The notes under the pieces were generated by a model. The model ran no database searches, was not told where the DNA came from, and worked only from the letters and a program-made list of their open reading frames with translations. Positions 46,750-56,910 of a DNA stretch of 64,000 bases are shown in pieces; within the stretch, counting starts at the first letter, position 1, and every line of letters starts with the position of its first letter. A program made the translations under genes and the position numbers. Origin of the DNA: Minutocellus sp. GHC0000111 (lineage: Eukaryota); contig OZ361256.1 in NCBI GenBank assembly GCA_977018835.1, positions 5,270,001 through 5,334,000 on the forward strand, written 5' to 3'.

Positions 46750-48912
46750 TTACAGTCTCGTGGAATAAACTGTGAAAGATGCACCGGAGCTCTTAGAGCT
46801 GCCTCCTTTCAATTGATCCTTGACTCCTTCGGGCATGGCAATGACCTTGGTTGCGGCCTCCCTCTCTGCCTGGAGCTTGGCTTCCACTTCTTGCTTGGCC
46901 TTCAATTCGGTAGCCTCCATCTCGGCCTTGAGCTTGGCTTCAGCGGCTTGCGTATCCTGGGCACTAGGAGCTGGCGCTGGTTTTGAGACCGGAGCTGGTG
47001 GTGCTGCTGGCGCTGGTGCCGAGACCGGAGCTGGCGCTGGTGGTGGCGCTGGCGCTGCCACTACCTGTTCCTTCTTCGCCTTCTCCTGCGCAGCGACCTT
47101 ATCTAATCTTGCCTTGGCCTCAGCGGCCGCCTTATCGATCCTTGCCTCGGATGCACCGGCTTTGTCTTCGTCAATAGCACCATACTCATCGGCCGCACCG
47201 GCCTCTAGGGCCGCGCGTTCATCTTCTCGGCGCATCCGGTCTGCCTTTGCCGCCGCCTTGGCACGTGCCTTCTCTGGTGAAACATTGGCCTCGGCAACAC
47301 GCTTCTCCTCGGCCTTGGCTGCTCTCTCGGCCTTCCGTCTTGCAACTTCTTTTGGCGTAATCTCCTTCTTGGTATCAGCAGACGAGGATTCCTCCGCGAC
47401 GGAGCCGTATTCATCAGCAGAATTCTTCTCCATTTCACCTCGCTCGGCGGCCAATCGTTCCGCCTCTGCCCTCGCGATGCGCCTCTCTTCAGCCTTGGCC
47501 GCCCTTGCGGCCTTGCGTTTGGCAATCTCCTCAGGTGATAGCTGTTTCGTTTTTCCATCGGCGGTCACCATGATCTCCTCGTCTTCCACACCAAAATCAT
47601 CACTGCCGAACGATTCCACCTCACCCTTCTTATCTTCGTCCCGTTCGGCCTGAGCCTTGGCTGCCGCCTTGGCCTTGGCGCGCTCGGGTGCGGCCTTTTC
47701 GTACACGATGCGGTTGGCCTCCTTCTCCTCCATCAACTTCTTCTCGGCGAGCTTCTGATTCTGCTCCATCTTCTTCTCGGCCGCCTCCTGCTGGGCGACG
47801 GCCCTCTTGGCCGCGGCCGCCAGCTCGGGAGAGAGCTTCATATCTTTCACAATTTCCTTCTCCACCTTGATGACACCCTTGGCGGCACCCTGCTCGATGG
47901 CGTCAATGTCCTTGACGATCTCCGTTTCGGCATTCTGAACGACGTTTGGGTTGGTACCCGCCAGGATGGCAATGCCGGCGAAGACCAGCCCACCACCGAA
48001 GAAGATGCGCTTGACCTCCGACGCCACGTTGGCGTTCCCCTCCGATAGGACTTCTCCCTTCCACAGATCTTCCTTGGGAGCCTTCGGAGTCGGAGCCGGC
48101 GGAGGCACGATCTTGCCCGAGCTGGTCCTCCAAACACCCCCAGCACCGGGGAATGCCTTCTCCTCCACCTCCACCTTGGGCGGAGGTCCGTCTGGCTTCT
48201 TCTCCTCATATGGTGCAATGTCCGTCGGCGGTGTCAAAGGTGCGGCCGACCCATCGAAGTAGGCCACCATGTCGTCCTGACTCCGTGGCAGCTTGACGTC
48301 CATGTTGAGATACGACGCAAACTGCTCCGCCGACGGCAATCGCACATTGCCGGTGGATAGCGATTCCAGGTACGTGGCAATGGCCACGGCAGAATCGGGC
48401 GTCATTCCATCGGGTGACAACGATCCTATGTACTTGGCAATGAGGGCCGATGCCGGGGGAGAGGGGACGGCCTGCCTCGTGGCGACGGCCTCCAGGTAGG
48501 CGTACACCGCCGCACTGCCCCGTTCGGAGGGTCCGTCACCGCCGCCGTTGCATTCGGCAGATATCACGTCGAATATGGACCCGGGAAAGATACCGTTGCT
48601 ATTGCTATTGCTGATGCTGTTGCCGGCGGTGGCCGGTTGTGGATTTGTTGGCGCCGCGGCTGCTGGTGGCGGAGGTGCACCCCAGTTCGGAGGAGGGCCA
48701 CCGCTACCGTCGTTGCTGCCGCTGCTGCCGGAATTATTGGACAGGTCATCCAGATACGACATGTGCAGCTTCGACGAGCGTCCGTCATTATCATGATTAT
48801 GTGCCGATCGGTGAGTCAAAAGGGCAGAAATTCCGGACGACGCCGGCGAGAAGGCGTCGGTTGGCGGGGCCAGGGCGGCCGCTAGGACGGCAGCCGAGCA
48901 GCAGATCCTCAT
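46750..48912 (-). CDS. Predicted plastid-targeted, single-TM, Ala/Glu/Lys-rich repeat protein
   Basis: Signal peptide plus TDAFSP; SYLDDL motif; TM segment IFFGGGLVFAGIAILAG; repeated SPE..A.RKA.RAAKAE and DEYG units. Confidence 0.75.
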   Translation of the reverse strand: MRICCSAAVLAAALAPPTDAFSPASSGISALLTHRSAHNHDNDGRSSKLHMSYLDDLSNNSGSSGSNDGSGGPPPNWGAPPPPAAAAPTNPQPATAGNSISNSNSNGIFPGSIFDVISAECNGGGDGPSERGSAAVYAYLEAVATRQAVPSPPASALIAKYIGSLSPDGMTPDSAVAIATYLESLSTGNVRLPSAEQFASYLNMDVKLPRSQDDMVAYFDGSAAPLTPPTDIAPYEEKKPDGPPPKVEVEEKAFPGAGGVWRTSSGKIVPPPAPTPKAPKEDLWKGEVLSEGNANVASEVKRIFFGGGLVFAGIAILAGTNPNVVQNAETEIVKDIDAIEQGAAKGVIKVEKEIVKDMKLSPELAAAAKRAVAQQEAAEKKMEQNQKLAEKKLMEEKEANRIVYEKAAPERAKAKAAAKAQAERDEDKKGEVESFGSDDFGVEDEEIMVTADGKTKQLSPEEIAKRKAARAAKAEERRIARAEAERLAAERGEMEKNSADEYGSVAEESSSADTKKEITPKEVARRKAERAAKAEEKRVAEANVSPEKARAKAAAKADRMRREDERAALEAGAADEYGAIDEDKAGASEARIDKAAAEAKARLDKVAAQEKAKKEQVVAAPAPPPAPAPVSAPAPAAPPAPVSKPAPAPSAQDTQAAEAKLKAEMEATELKAKQEVEAKLQAEREAATKVIAMPEGVKDQLKGGSSKSSGASFTVYSTRL

Positions 48913-49187
48913 GGTTGGCTTCTCCAGATTTTGGATCGGCCGGAGCTGCGGCGTCTTCAACACGTCACAGCAACCTTCCAAACACTTCTTTTTGCATCGA
49001 TAGATCTACCTCCGGGTTTCTTGGGCACCACACATGCACAGCACACAGCACTCTCAGCGTCTCAGCACTCAACCGACGAAGGAATGAATCGAATCTTGGC
49101 TGATTGGCTACGTGTACCGAACTGAAGGTGGAAGCGTGCGCTTTCACTTCCTCATCAAGATAAGACGCCGGCGGCTTGTCTTTCAGC

Positions 49188-50942
49188 ATGTTCTCGTGCT
49201 GCCGATCTTCCAAGGGCACCACGGATGCCATTCAGGACACAACCCGCCGTGCTGCTCAGGCCCACAATGAATCCGTGTACCTGACCGCTCAGCAGGATGC
49301 AACTCTGTCGGAGGAGGACCTCCAGGCCCTACGAGAATTCGAGGAGGCTGCCAACCTGCTCCTTACCAGCAACCACTCCTCCCTCACGTCGACGGTGGAA
49401 GGCAATGGCGCCGAACGACGCGAGACAGTGTTTGTGGACGCCCACGAAACCGAGCGGGATGACTGGTCCTACCTCATGATGTACATGCCCGCGACGGTGG
49501 CCAACACGCACGTTCGGGGCAGTGTGGCGATGGACGATCGTGCCTCCCTCCTGGCCACGGTGGCTGGTCTGGCAGCCGCGACGGCCACCATGGCTGGCAG
49601 CGGCGCCGACGGCAGCGGCGGCGGTGCGTCCAGCAGCAGGGACCTTAATCTCCGATCGGGTTCGCTGATACGACATCGGCTGTCGGTGATCATCGGGGCG
49701 CTGCAGCAGCCGCACGTCAAGATCAACGTGCCTGGATATCCCGGAGAGCTTACCGAGCACGAGGTCGATGCCTGTCTGCAGTTTCGGCGCAGACTCGAAG
49801 AGAAGGCTAAGTCAGCTGACGATGCCAACGGCAGACACTACCGGGAGATTGTGGATGCGTTCCATTCCGTGGAAGAGGAGCCGTATGCGCTTTGCAGATT
49901 CCTCCGGGCGCGGAAATTTGACGTGGATGCTGTGATGGACATGGTAGAACAGGGGGTAGAAATATGGAAGGAGGGCAAAAGTCACAATTTCTTTCCCGAC
50001 GCCAATGTGGCCGTGGGCAATCCGATATCTGTCTTGCGGACGCAGTATCCTGTCGTGTACTCGGGAATTGCAAAGAATGGCTGTGCAGTGAGTTACTTCA
50101 AGGCGGGACAAATATCCGTCGAGGGGGTAGAGTGCGTGACGACGCTCGAGAAGCTCACGAATCTTGGCTGGCACCAAATGATCTACACCTTCCCAAAGCA
50201 AATAGCAAAAGCTCAAAAGATAGATCCGGACATTGTGCGGTGTGAATCTGTAGCCGTTGTCGACTTGAAGGGATTGAGGGCGGCATCGCTCAATGCCCGG
50301 ACATTGGAGGTGATGAAAAGCATGGCCAAGATCAACCAATGCTTCCCGGAGGTACTGAACTGCATGATAGTTTTGAATGCACCTGGATTCTTCTCCTTTA
50401 GCTGGACCGTAATACGAAAGTTTTTGGATCCTCGGACTGCTGCGAAAATCAAGATTTTTTCCGATGAAAAGAAGGGCAAAGCGAATTTATTCGAACGTGT
50501 TGAGAAGGATCAAATACTGTCTGACTTTGGTGGCATTGGGCCATCGTTTGACAAGATTCTGCAGGAGGAACAGGGGCTGTCCATGAAGAGGAGAATGGTA
50601 GAGCTGATGTCAGTGGCACCGAAAGGCAAGAAGAAATTTGAGTTTGAACTGTCTGATGGCGAAACTGCTCGTTTCGAAGCTTATACTCGGTCCATTTCCG
50701 GTGGAAACATTACAATATATAAATTTGATGAAGTTGTGGAGGAAATGGAGGTAAAACGGGAAAACATGTGCAAGGAAAATCTATCCAATGGGAACGCGAT
50801 CAATACCGCAGATCCCGAGCCATACAGGAGCAAACTTGAATCAGTTCTCAAAGGCCCGGCGTCTTACAAGGTTATCGTCGAAACGAAGCTTTCAGAGGGC
50901 AAGGAACAAGACCATTTCTTACTGGTTGGGGATGTTCACTGA
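49188..50942 (+). CDS. Sec14/CRAL-TRIO lipid-binding protein
   Basis: GYPGELT, LCRFLRARKFDV, VVDLKGL, FPEVLNCMIVLNAP, FLDPRTAAKI and LSDFGG. Intact ORF. Confidence 0.93.
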   Translation: MFSCCRSSKGTTDAIQDTTRRAAQAHNESVYLTAQQDATLSEEDLQALREFEEAANLLLTSNHSSLTSTVEGNGAERRETVFVDAHETERDDWSYLMMYMPATVANTHVRGSVAMDDRASLLATVAGLAAATATMAGSGADGSGGGASSSRDLNLRSGSLIRHRLSVIIGALQQPHVKINVPGYPGELTEHEVDACLQFRRRLEEKAKSADDANGRHYREIVDAFHSVEEEPYALCRFLRARKFDVDAVMDMVEQGVEIWKEGKSHNFFPDANVAVGNPISVLRTQYPVVYSGIAKNGCAVSYFKAGQISVEGVECVTTLEKLTNLGWHQMIYTFPKQIAKAQKIDPDIVRCESVAVVDLKGLRAASLNARTLEVMKSMAKINQCFPEVLNCMIVLNAPGFFSFSWTVIRKFLDPRTAAKIKIFSDEKKGKANLFERVEKDQILSDFGGIGPSFDKILQEEQGLSMKRRMVELMSVAPKGKKKFEFELSDGETARFEAYTRSISGGNITIYKFDEVVEEMEVKRENMCKENLSNGNAINTADPEPYRSKLESVLKGPASYKVIVETKLSEGKEQDHFLLVGDVH

Positions 50943-51089
50943 TAATTACACCCTATTTTGGGAAAATTGTTCCCAGCATCAATTCGATTTTATTTTACAT
51001 TTTTGCCACGCAATCAATCAAGAATACACTTGATTTCACAAATAAATACATTTGGTACATAAACATATATAAAGAGAGAAGAGAGATCT

Positions 51090-53879
51090 TTACCGATGGC
51101 TCAATTCTCTCGTCGTCTCACCTGTAGCATATTCATTTGATGCCACAGAGGCGGATGTTTTTTCATCTTCCGACTTGGTGGCGTTTACAATCTCCCGCAT
51201 TAGCTCGCGATCTGTCTCTTCGACAACCTTGGAATATTTTGTTCCATGTTTGGTTGTTTTACCACGCAAATAATTCAACTTTTCTGCGTCGATGACAGCA
51301 TCGTTGACTTGCTTTTTGGCGCCCCGGGCAATGGAAGCAAGACTCTTCAAAGAAAATTTACTTGCGCCGGCTCGAGGTTTGCAGGAGGCGGGAAGCTGCA
51401 CGGTACCCGGTGTACCCGCCAGGAGGCCTTGACGACCAGAAGGAGTTTCGGATGGGGTTGTTACTGCATAGAAATCGCCCAGGTGTGTTTCCCAATTCTT
51501 TTTGAGCAGGACATTCGGTGAGTTTGGGCCCTCATCGTCGACGGCATTCGAGCAGGGATAAATGTCAAGAAGTCCCGATGCATGCGTAATGGCATCATCC
51601 TCTGTAATGAGCGTACTGCCAGTCTCGTCAGCGTCACTACTTGGTCCCTTCTGGTGGCCGGAGTCTTTCCTTGTGCAAACTTCGAATGGCGGAGAGAACA
51701 AAAGAATAGCTGCATCAGGCGGCCTATCCTCGTCCAGCAAAAGAGTATGCGATTCAACGATGCGACCAGAGGCCAAGGAGCTCAGAGTCAAAGTCGTGTT
51801 ATCACAACTCAGCATGTCAACACGAAGTAGCTTCTTAAGAAGCTCATCCGCGTGCTCCGACGCCTCGTCAACCGACATGTCGGCAGGCTTGGCAACTAAA
51901 ATTTCTCGGGGTACAACGCTATACCTCCTCAAGCCAAGGCAGTTGATCAGCAGCATTCCCTCGACGATACTTTCATCATCATAATCTTCATGACGACATT
52001 GGATAATGCCGTCATACTGTACGCGAGCATTGGAGTCAATATTGATTTCCATCGGAGGATCCCAAATCGATGAGCTTGTTGACATCATGTCATTGTCCTC
52101 AATCAAATCCTTCGCGGTACATGTGTCATCGGGAGGCCTAGTAGCCGAACCACATGAGAGAGGAGAGACAACTGGTATTTTTTGTTCTTTCTTTGGCTTC
52201 GTGGGGGGAGAGCTGGCCTCTTTGTTGTCCTTCATGTCCTTCGATGAAGTTACAATATCAAGTAGATCTTGGACCCGGCGTTTCTGCCAATCTATGCGAA
52301 CGCCTAGGAGATCGAATGTACCTCGATCGTCGTCCATCATCAAGATGACAACTGGTACCAGCTCGTGCCTAAGATGATCGGTTGGCGGGGTATTGGTTGG
52401 GCCTTGGCCTTGCATGCCTCCATCGCTCGATCCGGTGTCTCGGGAAGCATCGGCAGTAGTGCGAGCAGCTCCGTTGCTGCCATCGAATAATTTCCGAGGT
52501 CTCAGGGGGGAGTCAGATCCAATTTCGGAAGAAGATACTTTCGTGGTGTTCTACGGCTTCGCAGTTTTGATCGGAGACGTAGACGAGGTAAAGGGGCTGA
52601 ACAACTCGGATGAAAAATGCTCGAACCACCGATTGCCGCCAGCGCCGCCCTTTTCGTCGCGTTTTGCTTCACCGCCGTTTCTGTGCTCCAAATCGTCGCT
52701 GAAATTGAACAGACCGTCGACATCGTCATCGTCATCATCAAAGTCGCTGCTAGTATCTGAGTCAGAGTCGGCCGTGGAACAATCACTCTCCGAAATTGAT
52801 TTCGCTTTCGAAGAATGAGCATCGCCGGTATCGCTATCACTATCATCAAAGGCATTGGCATTGGTGTTGGCATTGGTGCCGGAATCTTCGCCGGCTTCAC
52901 ACTCGTCGTCCTCTTCCACAATCCTAACGAGGTCGGATTGTTGCTTCCCACTTTGCGTGATGCCCGTAGCACAGGCGGCAGCAAAGCTCCCTTCGGAAAC
53001 AATGCCTCCACTTTCTCCTGAATGCTCCATCAACTCCTTCCATTCCAATATTGTGATTCGTTCGGTAATGGCCCGGTACATGCCGTAGTATACTTCGGCG
53101 CTGCCATCATCGTGGTCACCATGCTTGGTTGCCGTACCCTTCCGTTCATTTGCCTCATTCTTCATCTCCCTCAACCGGCGTTTCAACCGTCTCTTCTCCT
53201 TGTGGAGCTCCGTGACGGTTAGGTAAGTTATCTTTTTGCCGCTGAGGGTGAATTTGACAGCGTCGTTTGTAGTTGAAGTTGTAGTTATAGTTGTGCTGGT
53301 GACGGATGAGGTCATCTTGCTCCGACTTGAAGGTGCTGTGGAATCCAGCAGGTCCTCGACTGCGTCCATCATGTCATCGCCGGCCGAAAAGAGGTCAAAC
53401 TTTGGCCGAGGCATTTCCTCTGTGCACCCGCCGAGATTTGACTTATTACCAGCTGCAGTGGCTATCTCTTCTTCCCCGGAAGGAACACCATCGCTGATGC
53501 TTTCAGCCTCATTTTGCTCATTGCTGGTTTCGTAATGGTGGTTGTCGACATCATAATCACTTGTGCTACTGGAAGAGTCGGCGATACTATCGGCGTCGGA
53601 CCCAGCGCTGCTGCTGCTGCTAGTATCGGTCGTCAAAGTCCGGATTAGCCGATCCAGCTCATTCTCGAGGTGGTCTAGCCTCGTCCTACCCTCCGGCGTG
53701 AGGCCTTCGCTGGTGCTGTTAGGCCTTTGTGCGTGCTTCGCCGGTGCCGGTGGAGGTGCAGCAGCATCGTGCACCTTCTCCGGGCAAATTTTATCAATCG
53801 AAATAATATTATCACCGTCAAGCTCGGCAGAAGCAGCAGACCCAGTGGGTTCCGACCTTGCTGCCGGCGGTGTGCTCAT
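51090..53879 (-). CDS. Hypothetical acidic low-complexity protein with a short FAM13-like coiled motif and a C-terminal globular domain; in-frame TAG at 52551-52553
   Basis: ORFs 52551-53879 and 51090-52415 share a frame that is open except for one TAG. Motifs ELHKEKRRLKRRLRE and VILMMD..TFDLL..EILVAKP. Confidence 0.6.
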
Positions 53880-54504
53880 ACTCTATTTTGTTCGAGAGCA
53901 GCGGCGAAGACAGGCTACGGCTGGAGGTGGCGGGTTTATGATGCCGCGATGCTGCGAGTCGCAGGAGGAAAGAAGACGAGGCAACCTCCCACTAACCCGC
54001 CGACACCAACAACCGAAGAGCCAGGTGGGAAGGTCGCGACTGTATCGCAGCTCGTTTCTCTACGCACCCCAGGACCCTTGGAGCGGCTCCGGCAGTCTGT
54101 GGCAGCAGCGCAGTTCAAAAATGATGAGCGAAGCGGCGGTGCATGACGCGGTGACACTACGTTGCGCGCCGGCAACGCCGGTAAAAGCAACAGCCGGCCT
54201 TCAGCCGCCGCTCGGCCTTCGCTGGATGATGCTGAGACTTGTCGATCATCCAACATGGCCTGTTTGTTCCATCTGTCTATAAATCTCACTGATATGCATA
54301 GATCAATATGGCACACATAATTGCTTACATCTTATAATACACTTTTTGAGAGCGGATTTTGGCACATGCGTACATGTACAACCATACACGTACCGGATCT
54401 ACTCCAAGATCTTCTGGCTGGACAGATTGAGTACCGGTACATGTACGGACTGTACACAAGATTTCTAGATCTACAGTGGGCATGGCATGGTCAGTGCGCA
54501 TCTC

Positions 54505-55937
54505 TCAAGGACAAACATTCTGATCATTTCCAGAGCAGACGCTGTATTGTCCACATCCTCCGATCTCAGCTTCGCACAGGAAAAGGTTGGTGCATTGGCA
54601 GACGTCGTTGTCGTACGGGCAGGAGGGAAAGGTAGGAGCAGCAAATCGCCCTACACTACCCGAAGATGCCAACCACGAGGGAGAACCCGCACCGCAGCAT
54701 CCTGGTAGGTCACAACGTGTAGCTTTGCAGACCGATTCCGATACCGAGGGACACTTGCACCCCTTGACGCCGCAACATTTGCCATCATCTCCGCAACAAT
54801 CGCTTGATCCTGGACTGCAGCTATTCTTCCCATCGCTCAATACCGATGCGCCATAAGTAGGAATGCCAGCGTCATTGAGCGTACCAACCAGCTGCGATCG
54901 ATCATCGTCGTCCTGCAATGCTCTTCTTTTGGTGCCCACGACGTCGCTCTCCTTGGGCATAGACTGTTCGGCGCATCGTCTTCTACAATTACCCATGGAG
55001 TTGTATCGGTAGCGTACTTTGGCACTATTGAGGCTCGTGGTTTGCATCTTCCTTCGTATCATTCTTGTCTTTCGTCTTTGCTCACCACCTTCTTTACGGC
55101 CATCTGCATTTACGTCAGTACTGCCGCATACATCTTGCATGTCTACGCATTCTCCGTCATTGTTGAGCGGACATATATCACTGATAACGCCAGCAACGTA
55201 TTGCATTTCATCAGAGCAACCGGCCTGCGCCAAGAGGTCGGGTACGATAACAGTGCCGTTTCCAAAACCATTTTGTTCTCTACATCGGCAGTGCAGTCTA
55301 CCTCGAAAACGAGTTCGCTGGTGAAGGATACTGTAATTGGTTCGTCCCCCTCGACGGAAGATGTAAAGCTGGATGCTTCGCACTGATCCGTGGGCGATAT
55401 CGTTGGTGAGCCCGTTGGACTTGAAGAGGGTGCTTTGGATGGTATTTTGGATGGCATTGGGGATGGCTTGGCAGTCGGTGTCGATGTTGGGACGCCTGAG
55501 GGCATCATCGAGGGCCTAGAAGAAGGCAGCACGGTCGGGTTTGCGGTCGGATTGCTTGTGGGATTCGATGTTGGACTTTCGGTGGGCAATTGTGTCGGTG
55601 CTGGTGTCGGATTGTTCGTAGAATTTGGTGTTGGGTTTTCAGTGGGATTTGGCGTTGGGTTTTCAGTTGGATTTGGTGTTGGTGTTTCGGTGGGTGCTGG
55701 CGTTGGTACAGGCGTCGCTATTACCCGTGCTTGGAGCTGTTCGGTTGGCTCTTTCTTCTCACTCTTCTCTTTGCTTTTGTTCTTTTTATCTCGCCTCCAT
55801 TCGAGCGTGTATTTTCCTCTGGTTACGGTGTGATCGCGATCGATTGACGATGCTGCTACTTGTTGACAACATAACAAGGAGCATGATGCCAATGCGAACC
55901 ACAACACTGCAGGGCGAAGCCGATTTCGATGCGTCAT
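54505..55937 (-). CDS. Secreted Pro/Thr-repeat, Cys-rich protein; frameshift near 55245
   Basis: Signal peptide, PTPNPTENPT repeats, RRKMQ and RRALQ motifs, Cys-rich C-terminus. Confidence 0.7.
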
Positions 55938-56382
55938 TGCTGCTGTTTGTAAGTTGCAACGTTGGCCCTGCAGTTTCAGTTTACACGTTGGTCCGGCGAC
56001 CGCGAGCAGAAAACGACGAATTTACTACGTAGTAAAGGACAGATGGGGGTTACGACCTGAGCGCTGCTGCAAGTGTACGCTGCAAGTCAGTGATACTTCT
56101 ATTTGATATGCGTGCCTGTCAGCGCCAGACTGGAACAGCACAATTGCACCTGATGAGGGCAATAATTGACGCCAAGATTGCCAACGGTGGTTGTCAAAAG
56201 CGCCTCTGTGCCGATGCCGATGTGCTTTTTGTGTCAGATTTTTTGTCCAAAAACTTCAGGTATTCCCCTGATAATTAATTCCCCGATAGAAAATGCCTGA
56301 AGCGATGACCCGAAAGACCCGATGCTATTGGCCAATACCTTCATTGTAGAACGTAGTAGGCAAAGGCAATCCTCCTAAAACG

Positions 56383-56793
56383 ATGACAAAGCAAAGCATC
56401 CTCACGCTACTTGTGGTCGTGTTGGCAAGTGTCTTCGCCACTGAAGCTTGCGAGATGTACTTTCAGCAATACGTAGATCCCACTTGCACAGAGGCGGAAG
56501 ATGAGCTGCCTGCCATTGTAGGAATAGGCTCGACACTTCCAAACACCTGCTCGGGAAGCATCGATGGGCCGAAAGGTTCGGCATACATTTGGAAATGCAC
56601 TGACGATGGACTTGGCGTCTCAATAACGTGGTGTGCGCCGGACAGTGTCGTAGCCAGCAGCTCCACGTGTTTGATGTGCGAACCAGAGAGCGATGTTTTT
56701 TACAGGAACGGATGCGATTACAGTGACTTCCTCGGCACGTACATCAAGGCAATCTATCTGGAGGGTCAGGGTGGATGCTGCGCATCAGCGTAA
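56383..56793 (+). CDS. Small secreted cysteine-rich protein
   Basis: 136-aa ORF with a signal peptide (ending ATEA) and about 10 cysteines. Confidence 0.7.
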   Translation: MTKQSILTLLVVVLASVFATEACEMYFQQYVDPTCTEAEDELPAIVGIGSTLPNTCSGSIDGPKGSAYIWKCTDDGLGVSITWCAPDSVVASSSTCLMCEPESDVFYRNGCDYSDFLGTYIKAIYLEGQGGCCASA

Positions 56794-56910
56794 ATTTATT
56801 CATGATCGTGTTAAAGTGCGGTATCGTAGCACGTTAGTTTAAAAACGAATTTATAATAGAATCGATTGACCCAAATTAAATTTGATTTGATCGACTTTCA
56901 ATCGTTGTGA

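Noticed and set aside
16260..52553. Non-standard genetic code or programmed stop-codon readthrough
   Set aside because: All three stop codons appear as internal stops, each also ends intact genes here, and frameshifts are equally common. Error or decay is simpler.
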